A stretch of 24,110 nucleotides of DNA from Gemmataceae bacterium (GTDB lineage Bacteria > Planctomycetota > Planctomycetia > Gemmatales > Gemmataceae): positions 1 through 24,110 of the forward strand of contig DATJGQ010000408.1 in NCBI GenBank assembly GCA_035494815.1, read 5' to 3'. The translations under genes and the position numbers were made by a program. The stretch's first letter is position 1, and each line of letters begins with the position of its first letter. A model generated the notes under the pieces. That model searched no databases. It saw nothing but the letters and a program-made list of their open reading frames with translations, and had not been told where the DNA came from. Positions 16,780 through 24,110 of this stretch are shown one piece after another.

Positions 16780-17088
16780 ATGCGCAAGTCGCTCACCCTG
16801 GCCGGTCTGGTTCTTGCTTTGCTCGTCCCGTCCGTGGTTCAGGCCAACGGCCTCATCGCCGCCGGCCAAAGGGAAGTGGATCAGTACGGATTCCGGAAGA
16901 GACACTTCCCGCGGGCCGCCCCGTGGTTCCTGTACTGGCCGTATGAAGCGTACTTCACTTACCCGGCCCCGACCGGAGTGGCGTTCCCGCCGTCGCACAT
17001 GACCCCGCCGGCAGGGTTCCAGCCGCACATGTACAACAACGGCGGCGGCCAGTTCGCCCCGTATCCCACGAACGGCTTCGGCCAATGA
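16780..17088 (+). CDS. small secreted Pro/Gly/aromatic-rich protein (102 aa)
   Basis: AGGA SD, Sec signal MRKSLTLAGLVLALLVPSVVQA, mature part containing PWFLYWPYEAYF. The upstream part of the 16600 ORF looks non-coding. Confidence 0.8.
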   Translation: MRKSLTLAGLVLALLVPSVVQANGLIAAGQREVDQYGFRKRHFPRAAPWFLYWPYEAYFTYPAPTGVAFPPSHMTPPAGFQPHMYNNGGGQFAPYPTNGFGQ

Positions 17089-17113
17089 TCTGAGGCTCAC
17101 CGTCGGCATCAAC

Positions 17114-17143
17114 GCGGCTCGCGGGGAAAACTCCGCGGGCCGC
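17114..17143 (+). terminator. GC hairpin after the small secreted protein gene
   Basis: GCGGCTCGCGGGG-AAAA-CTCCGCGGGCCGC, 13 pairs including two G-U. Weak U-tract. Confidence 0.4.
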
Positions 17144-17181
17144 CCGCGTTTGATCAGCCTCGAATTCTTCCCGGCCGGCCG

Positions 17182-17211
17182 TTGGCAAGGCGGCAGTACC
17201 CCTGATATACT
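17182..17211 (+). promoter_or_regulatory. sigma70 promoter of the FHA-SDR unit
   Basis: TTGGCA, 18 nt, TATACT, with extended -10 TG at 17203-17204. Confidence 0.6.
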
Positions 17212-17283
17212 CAAATTGGTTTATTTCACCGGCCTCTCATTCTGTTATCGCGTCATCCCGAGTTTCCCCCCTTTAGGACCCCC

Positions 17284-17745
17284 ATGTCTGAGCACGCGAA
17301 CGGCGAACTCGTCCCCGTGGGGGGCGGTGACCCGATGCCATTGGTGCGAACGGAGATGACCGTCGGGCGGCGCGAGTCGTGCGACATCCATCTCGACTTC
17401 CCCAATGTTTCCGGCATCCACTGTGAGCTGGTATTCCGAGACGGCTATTGGTCTATCCGTGATCTGAATAGTACGAACGGCATTAAGGTGAACGATCTCC
17501 GCGTCATCAGTCGGCCGCTCAAGCCCGGCGATATCCTCACGATCGGCAAGCGTCGCTACAGCCTCAATTATCAGCTTTCGCCCTCGGCCCAACAGGAGCT
17601 GGAAGCACTGCTGGCCGAGGACGAGGACATCATGGGCCAATCGCTGTTGGAGAAAGCCGGCCTCGAGAACCCGAACGCAGGCAAGTTGCGATCGGTGCAG
17701 CCGCCGCGGCGACACATGCCCGGCCGCGGCCCTGGTAAGTGGTGA
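17284..17745 (+). CDS. FHA domain-containing protein
   Basis: VGRRESCDI, NVSGIHCEL, RDLNSTNGIKVN and LKPGDILTIG cover the FHA G-R, S..H and N-G residues. Acidic C-terminal tail. Confidence 0.93.
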   Translation: MSEHANGELVPVGGGDPMPLVRTEMTVGRRESCDIHLDFPNVSGIHCELVFRDGYWSIRDLNSTNGIKVNDLRVISRPLKPGDILTIGKRRYSLNYQLSPSAQQELEALLAEDEDIMGQSLLEKAGLENPNAGKLRSVQPPRRHMPGRGPGKW

Positions 17746-17768
17746 CCGTCCGCGTCGGCGCTGAAATC

Positions 17769-18629
17769 ATGCCCGATCCCGTCCTGCCCCTCTCCGGCCA
17801 AGTCGCGCTGATTACCGGCGCGTGCGGCGGCATCGGTCGCGCCTGCGCGGTCGCGCTGGCCCGCGCCGGCGCCGACATCGCCGCGAACGACATCGGTGTT
17901 TTTCACACAGAAGCGCGGGGCACGTCGGGAGCCGCCGACGTCGGGCCGAACGACGCCCGACTCAGCCCCACGGCCCGTTCTCTCGCCGCAGAGATCGCCG
18001 CTCTCGGCCGCCGAGTCAAGCTGCTGCCGGCCGACGTCGCCGACCAGCAGGCCGTCGAGACGATGGTCGAGCACGCGGTGGCGGCCCTGGGCCGGCTCGA
18101 CGTCTTCGTCTCGTGCGCCGTCTACAGCGACCGCGAGCCGTTTACGACCGCCGACATGGACGGATTCCGCCGTACGATCGACGTGAGCATGTGGGGATCG
18201 TTCTACGCGCTGCGAGCGTCGGCCAATCAGATGATCCGGCAGGGATGGGGCGGCAACGTCGTCATCGTCGGTTCGCCGCATGCCGTTATCGCGTTCCCCA
18301 ACTGCATGGCGTACAACATGGCGAAAGCGGCGCAGGACCAGATGGCCCGCACGGCGGCCATGGAGCTGCTGCCCCACAAGATCCGCGTCAACGTCGTCCA
18401 CCCCGGCTGGACCGACACTCCCGGCGAGCGAAAGTTCTTTTCCGAAGACGATCTCAAGAAAGCCGGCGCGACGTTGCCTGCGGGTCGCCTCGCCCGGCCG
18501 GAGGAGATCGCCCGCGGCGTGGCGTTTTTGGTCGACCCGGCGTCTGCCTATATTAACGGCATCACGCTCGGCATTGAGGGCGGGCTGGCGCTGCCGTGGT
18601 GGTCAAAGCGCGGCAGCGGGACGCTCTAA
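17769..18629 (+). CDS. SDR family NAD(P)-dependent oxidoreductase
   Basis: TGACGGIG cofactor motif, catalytic S (VGSPH) and YNMAK, VHPGWTDT. Carries an extra loop of about 20 aa after strand B. Confidence 0.92.
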   Translation: MPDPVLPLSGQVALITGACGGIGRACAVALARAGADIAANDIGVFHTEARGTSGAADVGPNDARLSPTARSLAAEIAALGRRVKLLPADVADQQAVETMVEHAVAALGRLDVFVSCAVYSDREPFTTADMDGFRRTIDVSMWGSFYALRASANQMIRQGWGGNVVIVGSPHAVIAFPNCMAYNMAKAAQDQMARTAAMELLPHKIRVNVVHPGWTDTPGERKFFSEDDLKKAGATLPAGRLARPEEIARGVAFLVDPASAYINGITLGIEGGLALPWWSKRGSGTL

Positions 18630-19460
18630 CGATCGCTCCGCCAGCCATCGGAGCATATCCTCGACAAACGGCGGTCCGCCGGGCTCGAATTCCAGTGTAT
18701 GGTGCGCGCCGGCGTATTCGTTCACCGTGCGATCGACGGCCGGGAACCGCTCGACGAACCGCCGGGTGGCCGCATTGTCGATGATGCGGTCGTGCTCCGC
18801 GAGCAAGAGCAAAACCGGCACCGAGACGCGTCGGGCCGCGAACCGCAGATACACATCCAGCCGGCCATTTTCGAAGAGCATCCGGGCGGTCGCCCGCCGC
18901 AGCATGAGCGGGTCATCCCGGATGAACCCTTGTCGCTCGGCGTTGTCGGTGAACAACTCGGGGTCGTTGAGCGGAATCGGAAACATCCGCCGCCGCGCGA
19001 CGACGCGGGCGGCAATCACCCGCAGCCGCTCGCCGACGCCAGGTTTGACCCGCGGCCGCAGGCCGGGAGCGATCAGGATGATGCCGTCGCAGATTCCTGG
19101 ATGCCGTCGTTGCAACGCGACGGCGAGCTTTCCGCCCCAGGAAATCGCCATGACGAATCGTGGTCGGGGCAATGTCGCCAGGTATTCGGCGACGTCGTCG
19201 AGCAGGCGTCGAAAGCCCGGCGCGTCGCCGCGATCGCGATCGTTCAACCCGCAGCCGCGCCGGTCGAGGAACGACACGTCGTAGCCGGCGTCCGCGAGGC
19301 TCTGACTCGATTCGAGATACCACCCGCTGTGACTCTGGATGCCGTGCAGCCCCACGACGATCGCGCGGCGCGTTTCAAACCGGCCGGATGCGCCGAAGCG
19401 ACGATAACGCCAGGTGTATCCGTCGCTCGCGGTAAAGCCTTCAATCGCCGGCTCAGCCAA
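18603..19460 (-). CDS. alpha/beta hydrolase (lysophospholipase PldB / S33-like)
   Basis: Probable TTG start at 19460 with GGAGG SD, overlapping the upstream stop. HGIQSH oxyanion motif, AISWGG nucleophile elbow, HDRIID Asp and AHHTL His. Confidence 0.9.
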   Translation of the reverse strand: MAEPAIEGFTASDGYTWRYRRFGASGRFETRRAIVVGLHGIQSHSGWYLESSQSLADAGYDVSFLDRRGCGLNDRDRGDAPGFRRLLDDVAEYLATLPRPRFVMAISWGGKLAVALQRRHPGICDGIILIAPGLRPRVKPGVGERLRVIAARVVARRRMFPIPLNDPELFTDNAERQGFIRDDPLMLRRATARMLFENGRLDVYLRFAARRVSVPVLLLLAEHDRIIDNAATRRFVERFPAVDRTVNEYAGAHHTLEFEPGGPPFVEDMLRWLAERSLERPAAAL

Positions 19461-20622
19461 GCAGCGCCTCCCGGGTGACGGTGACCCGTTCCACGGCGGT
19501 CGGGTCGATCGTGACGCCGAGCCCCGGTCCCGCGAGACTCGGCGCCCACCCGCCGCGGCCGAAAGTGATGTCCTCACGGCTCAATCGTTCGCGGACAAGA
19601 TGCCGATCGAACGACCCCTCCACCGCGGCCAGATCGCCGACGCTCGCCGCGAAGTGCCGGCCGGCGGCCGAGAGAATCGCCGTTTCACCCACCTGGCAGC
19701 CGAGCTGAAAACCGAGCCCGTGCCGTTTGGCGAATCGGGCGAGCCGCAAGCTGTCGATGAATCCGCCACACTTCGATAGCCGGAGGTTGAACGCGTCACA
19801 CCAGCCGCCTGCCACGGCGCGCTCGGCGTCGTGCAAGCCACAGAGCGACTCGTCGAGCACGATCGGCGTGTCCACGCCCTTGCGCACCTCTCCCATCGCC
19901 GCGATCTCGGCGTGCGGCAACGGTTGCTCGACAAATTCCAACCCGGACCGCTCCAGCCCCCGGATATGCTCGGCAGCTTGCGACGCGGACCAAGCCTCGT
20001 TCGCGTCGATCCGTAGCCTCACGCTCCGCCCGACCCGGCGCCGGACCGCGCGCACCCGCGCCACGTCGTCCTGCCCGGCGATACCGACTTTCATTTTGAT
20101 TTGTTGGAATCCGTAGAGCCGATAAGCCCAAGCGACGAGTTTCAGTTTCAGCCCGTCCGACGACGTGATCGCGGCGCTATACTGAACGCGGTCACGCGGG
20201 CGATGCAACTCCGGCGCGACCAAAGGTGTTATCGCGGACAATGGCTCGCCGTAATAGCGGGCGAACGCATCGAGAATGGCAATTTCCACCGCGCACTTCG
20301 CCGCATTGCCGGCAATGTCACGGTCGTCTCCGGCGATCGGCGCGAGTCGAAGTCGTCCCGTCAATGCGACCGCAGCGGCGAAGTGCGGACACGGCTCGAC
20401 TTGTGCGGGCAAGTCGCTGCGGCGGAGCAGGGCCAACGCCCCGGCCGCGGTCTCGCCGGTGACATATTCTCGCGGCACTCCCTCGCCCCAGCCGACCGTC
20501 TCGTCGGCGAGCGTGCAGCGGACGACAATGTTCTCGGTCGAAGTTCGCGCGTGCGAGGCGTGCCGGACGGGGCGACGGAGCGGGATGCGGACAAGATACG
20601 CCGTCAAATCGCGTACGCGCAC
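19453..20622 (-). CDS. enolase superfamily, muconate-lactonising / dipeptide-epimerase-like enzyme with atypical active site
   Basis: GTG start; WGEGVPREYVTGET, IKMKVG (KxK), metal ligands DANE / EQP / DES, NLRLSKCGG, GCQVGET, PGLG. Confidence 0.9.
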   Translation of the reverse strand: MRVRDLTAYLVRIPLRRPVRHASHARTSTENIVVRCTLADETVGWGEGVPREYVTGETAAGALALLRRSDLPAQVEPCPHFAAAVALTGRLRLAPIAGDDRDIAGNAAKCAVEIAILDAFARYYGEPLSAITPLVAPELHRPRDRVQYSAAITSSDGLKLKLVAWAYRLYGFQQIKMKVGIAGQDDVARVRAVRRRVGRSVRLRIDANEAWSASQAAEHIRGLERSGLEFVEQPLPHAEIAAMGEVRKGVDTPIVLDESLCGLHDAERAVAGGWCDAFNLRLSKCGGFIDSLRLARFAKRHGLGFQLGCQVGETAILSAAGRHFAASVGDLAAVEGSFDRHLVRERLSREDITFGRGGWAPSLAGPGLGVTIDPTAVERVTVTREALLG

Positions 20623-20628
20623 TGCGAT

Positions 20629-22014
20629 TCACCCCGGCCCCGGCGTGAGGAGACTGTCGCGGCACAGCCACAGGCCCATGACCACGAGCACGGCCGCGCT
20701 GAGGATGGGCAGCGCCTTCCAGATTCGGCTGTCGCCCCAACGCCGGCCGAGACGGTTCTTCGCCAGTACGACCACGACCCCGATGGCCACGAGTACGCCG
20801 GCCAGGCCCGCGCTGAACGCGATCAAAAGTGGAAGCCCGAGCCACAGCCGCTGCGCCGCGATGGCGAACCCGAGCATCGCGATCGCGTCCCAGCAGGGGA
20901 TGATCCCGCCGCTCACGCCCAGCACGATCAGCCCCCACCATCCGGGCGCAGTCGTCACTGTCACCGTGCCGTCCGGATTGTGCGTGTGCCCGACGCCGCC
21001 GACGTGGACATGGTCGGCCTGTCCGGCCAGCCGCCGGAGCAACAGACACAAACCCAGGCCCGCGATCAGCAGTCCGCCGACAAACCCGAGCGCTGTCTGG
21101 ATACTCGCGGGCACCGCGTCGGGAAACAGCCAGACCAGTCCCGCTGCCAAGAGGAGAACGGCGCCGGTGTGAGTAATTGTGGTGACCAGACCGAGCACGA
21201 CCGCGTGCCAGATGGTGCCGCGCTCGCCGACGAGATAGGCCGCGACGAGCGTCTTACCGTGCCCCGGCGTCAGGGCGTGCGCGCCGCCAAAGCCGACGGC
21301 CAGGAGCAGTAGGAGCCCGAACCCGTGTGGCGAATCGAGCAGGGCGACGAGCGTCGAATGTCCCTCAGCGGCCGCGGCGGGTTTTTGCTCCGCGGCGGCG
21401 GGTGCCGGCGCCGCCGCGTCCACCTCGAACGTCGCACTTAGTGTCCGCAGCCGCTCGTCATCGCCCGGCTTGAGGTCGATCGCCGCCCGCGCCTGCAGCG
21501 ACGGGCTCGGCGCAACGCGCTCGATGATCCTGATGCCGTCGCCCTCGGCGAGTGAAAGTTTCACTCGCCCAGGTTCCTGTGGATACGTGTCGTCTCGAAC
21601 CTCGAGCCGGTGTTGCCGCCCCAGAGCAACCGTCGCATCAGCTTGAAAAATGAACTCGCACTGGACACTATCGCGAACCTGATGCTGAACATCGACGCAG
21701 CGCAACGTCAGCGGCTTCCCGTCGAGCGTGACGAAAACCTGGTCCGCCAGCAGGGGGGCGATGCGCTCGACGTAAGCCGAATAAAACTCGGCCGGCTTCG
21801 TCAGGCGTTTCATTTCCGACGGTTCGAGCAGCGCCGGCAGATCCACAAACACGACCGTCCACTCATCGACCTCCAGCCGAAAACTGACGGCCACTTCCGT
21901 CTGCCGCAGCCGCACTTCAACGACGCGGTCGTGTGACCGCCGGGGGACGGGATGGGCGCCCGCGGGCATCGCCCACATCAGTGAAATCAGGCCCAATAGC
22001 CACGCCCGCCTCAT
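20629..22014 (-). CDS. RcnA-like Ni/Co transporter fused to an N-terminal exported domain
   Basis: ATG 22014 overlaps the upstream TGA (ATGA). Signal peptide ends AMPAGA|HP. Membrane domain has HALTPGHGK, TITHTGAV, GIIPCWDA and a short His loop DHVHVGGVGHTH. Confidence 0.85.
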   Translation of the reverse strand: MRRAWLLGLISLMWAMPAGAHPVPRRSHDRVVEVRLRQTEVAVSFRLEVDEWTVVFVDLPALLEPSEMKRLTKPAEFYSAYVERIAPLLADQVFVTLDGKPLTLRCVDVQHQVRDSVQCEFIFQADATVALGRQHRLEVRDDTYPQEPGRVKLSLAEGDGIRIIERVAPSPSLQARAAIDLKPGDDERLRTLSATFEVDAAAPAPAAAEQKPAAAAEGHSTLVALLDSPHGFGLLLLLAVGFGGAHALTPGHGKTLVAAYLVGERGTIWHAVVLGLVTTITHTGAVLLLAAGLVWLFPDAVPASIQTALGFVGGLLIAGLGLCLLLRRLAGQADHVHVGGVGHTHNPDGTVTVTTAPGWWGLIVLGVSGGIIPCWDAIAMLGFAIAAQRLWLGLPLLIAFSAGLAGVLVAIGVVVVLAKNRLGRRWGDSRIWKALPILSAAVLVVMGLWLCRDSLLTPGPG

Positions 22015-23531
22015 CGCCGACCGCCCTTCGCCAATCGTTCTCTTGCCGACTTGATTTCCCGTTCGCGCGTCGCCCGGTACCGTTCCATCGTCTCCGAAAC
22101 CTGCCGCGACAAAGTCACCCGTCGATACCGCCCCCACGTCCGTTCGGCCCGAGCCGCCTGTTCCGAGAATGACTCGCGATAAACGATTCGCCCGTGCTCG
22201 ACGAGCTTGACCATCAGCGGTTCGCCCGGTGCCGGCTCGGCGGTATCGGCGACGACGAGCGCCTCGCCGTCTCCGTACACCCGCAGGTAACCCCCGAGCG
22301 ACTCTTTGCCGGGCGAGTTCGAAAACTTCACGTTCGGCCGATCTCCCGTCGCACTCCGCTTGAACGCCGCGGCGACCGTATCGCGGTGGACGAGTCGCCA
22401 CCAGTAACCGCCGGCGCCCGGAAAGAGCATCGTCGGTTCTTCGCCGGTCGCCGCGCGAAACGCCTCATACACCTTTCGCACGACCTCCGGCGTGACCTCG
22501 TCCTCGAAGACAATGGTCCACGGGCCGAAGCCGGCTTCCTTCATCTTACGGTGATAGAGGACGCATTGCTCGGCCAGGTCGCCGCTGTCCACGCGGATGC
22601 CGACCTTCGAATTCCCCGGATGGGCGGCCATCACCCGCAGCACGTTTTCCAACCCGACCGTATTCGCGTCCACAAGATCACACAGCAGCGACGCGTGGCC
22701 GTGCACGCTCACGAACCGGTCCATCATCTCGTATTCCGCCTCTTGGAGCGACCGGTCGGGGGACTCCGCCGCGCATATCATCTCGTGGCCGATCGTGCCG
22801 ACCGTCCGGAAGAGTTCGGGCCAGAGAAACTCCGCCGTGTCGTTCGAGGTGAGTTGCCCCGTTCCGCCGCTGCCGACATAGCGGGCGAGCAACAGGACCA
22901 GATGACTGATCTCGTTGGGCGCGGACCGCAGACCGAACTCCGCGTCCCGCGGTGTCGCCAACTTCATCAGGCGGGCCTTGGTCGCCTGCAGGACCGGGGC
23001 GTAGTAGCGGCACATGGCCGGCTCAAGGTATGAGACCGCCCCGCCCATTCCCTCGAACACCAGGCACGGCACGCCGGGGAGAAACGTCTGGCCGCCCGGA
23101 AACCCCCATACGTCGATCGGCAGAAAGATGTCGTCACCGGCCTGCCCGGCGAGGATCGCGTCCCAGACGGCGTGCGGAAACGCCTTCACTGCGGACCGCT
23201 CACTGAACCAGCGGCGCGCCAGTTCGATGTCGTTCCGCCACAACGGCCGGTGGAACCATTGGGCGAGCATCGCCTCGTGACCGGCCATGACGAGTTGGTT
23301 ATCGGCGCCCGGCTCCGGCAACCCCTTCCGCATGGTCAGCGTGTAACAGGCGCGGACGGTCGCCAGATCGGGAACGGCCGACCACATGGTGCGCTTGTAG
23401 GTGTCCGTGCCGCCGACGAAACCGCCGAGAAGGAAGTGCCTGGCGAAGAACTCCTCGCGCAGTTGATTGCGACGGGCGGCGAACGGGTCGGCGGCGGGGG
23501 GAGGCTCCGGCATGGCGGCACTCTGGGCCAC
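22011..23531 (-). CDS. divergent nicotinate phosphoribosyltransferase (PncB-like; alternative ATG start 23513)
   Basis: Type II PRTase motifs in the expected order: TDTYKRTM, EFGLR, TSN, TIGHE, RVDSGD, FED, KFSNSPGK. Confidence 0.78.
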   Translation of the reverse strand: MAQSAAMPEPPPAADPFAARRNQLREEFFARHFLLGGFVGGTDTYKRTMWSAVPDLATVRACYTLTMRKGLPEPGADNQLVMAGHEAMLAQWFHRPLWRNDIELARRWFSERSAVKAFPHAVWDAILAGQAGDDIFLPIDVWGFPGGQTFLPGVPCLVFEGMGGAVSYLEPAMCRYYAPVLQATKARLMKLATPRDAEFGLRSAPNEISHLVLLLARYVGSGGTGQLTSNDTAEFLWPELFRTVGTIGHEMICAAESPDRSLQEAEYEMMDRFVSVHGHASLLCDLVDANTVGLENVLRVMAAHPGNSKVGIRVDSGDLAEQCVLYHRKMKEAGFGPWTIVFEDEVTPEVVRKVYEAFRAATGEEPTMLFPGAGGYWWRLVHRDTVAAAFKRSATGDRPNVKFSNSPGKESLGGYLRVYGDGEALVVADTAEPAPGEPLMVKLVEHGRIVYRESFSEQAARAERTWGRYRRVTLSRQVSETMERYRATREREIKSARERLAKGGRR

Positions 23532-23586
23532 TCGCTTCGGTCCGAAGCGTCATTGTACCCGCCAGGCCGCCGGTGGGCGGATCGAC

Positions 23587-23817
23587 TCAGGCGTCCTGCT
23601 GCTCTCTCATGCGGTGGGAGATCACGCCGAGAAGCCGGCCCGCTTCATCGAGGTCGAGACTCTCGCTGTGTTGGACGCGAAAGACCCGTTCGCCGCGCCA
23701 GCGCTCGCTGCGCAGCTCCTCGGTCGCGTGCACGATCACGCCCAGAAAGGTTTTTCGGCGCACCAGTTCGGCGATCAGTTCTTGGGTGGTACAAAAGTCG
23801 AGGGCGGAACATTCCAT
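23587..23817 (-). CDS. small hypothetical protein (76 aa)
   Basis: GGAG SD before ATG 23817. MECSALDFCTTQELIAELVRRKTFLGVIVH... has a globular helix/strand pattern, unlike the upstream part of the called ORF. Confidence 0.72.
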   Translation of the reverse strand: MECSALDFCTTQELIAELVRRKTFLGVIVHATEELRSERWRGERVFRVQHSESLDLDEAGRLLGVISHRMREQQDA

Positions 23818-23918
23818 TCTGTCTCTCCAAAGGCGGGCGGCCTGTCGCGCAACTCCGACACGGCGCGCGGGAGAGGCGTGCGGCCGCGGCGGAGTCATAG
23901 GTTGTTGTGTGCCGCCAA

Positions 23919-23927
23919 ATTCTAGCA
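23919..23927 (-). promoter_or_regulatory. extended -10 promoter element upstream of the minus-strand gene run
   Basis: The minus strand reads TG-C-TAGAAT, about 100 nt before ATG 23817. Confidence 0.45.
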
Positions 23928-24110
23928 CGCTCCCGTCGGAATATACGAGAGGAATTCTGCAATCCGGACACCCCGCACGACCCGGACGCTCCCGATGACC
24001 GTTCCGCCCCGCTGTTAAGGTGGGCAATCCCGAATTGCCTTACCGGCCCCGGGATCGCTAAGCTATGGGTCGATTGGCGAGTCGGGCGAGCGTCGAGGCG
24101 TCAGCCCGAC

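Noticed and set aside
18603-18629. 27-nt convergent 3' overlap of the SDR and hydrolase genes as antisense regulation
   Set aside because: Short tail-to-tail overlaps are common, and nothing else supports a function.
22015-22401. N-terminal 129 aa of the 590-aa ORF
   Set aside because: It overlaps the NAPRTase gene out of frame. The ATGA coupling and signal peptide place the start at 22014.
24065-24110. Possible plus-strand gene start at ATG 24065
   Set aside because: Only 15 codons are visible, there is no SD, and it overlaps a palindrome, so it is unsupported.
1-24110. CRISPR array, tRNA/rRNA, transposase, integrase, prophage or known defence genes
   Set aside because: I saw no regularly spaced repeats, cloverleaf or rRNA signatures, or matching protein motifs by eye.

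Overview
This is a GC-rich bacterial chromosomal window, most likely from a planctomycete of the Gemmataceae type. That assignment is an inference from the LEDRTVPA-motif FG-GAP protein, the PmoA-family (DUF6807-like) protein, an orphan csrA and the BNR/VPS10 protein. About 21 genes are supportable. In order they are: a 3'-truncated imuA missing from the ORF track; a lower-GC pair of small overlapping genes; an exported hypothetical; a VPS10/BNR propeller protein; pyrE; a pterin-carbinolamine dehydratase; a PmoA-family protein; csrA; a DUF3857/transglutaminase/TPR protein; a divergent GT2/GT87 pair; pdxH; an FG-GAP protein; a small secreted Pro/aromatic-rich protein; an FHA protein; and an SDR. 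The window ends with a coupled minus-strand run: 76-aa protein, divergent NAPRTase, signal-peptide RcnA-like transporter, atypical enolase-superfamily enzyme, alpha/beta hydrolase. I saw no rRNA, tRNA, CRISPR array, transposase or integrase. The most notable items are a LexA-box-like palindrome inside the imuA promoter, a GTAG-type REP doublet (REPIN-like) that supplies a stop codon, the TA-like two-gene cassette, and the coupled operon with non-canonical catalytic motifs. All family calls come from motif recognition by eye. No database searches were run.
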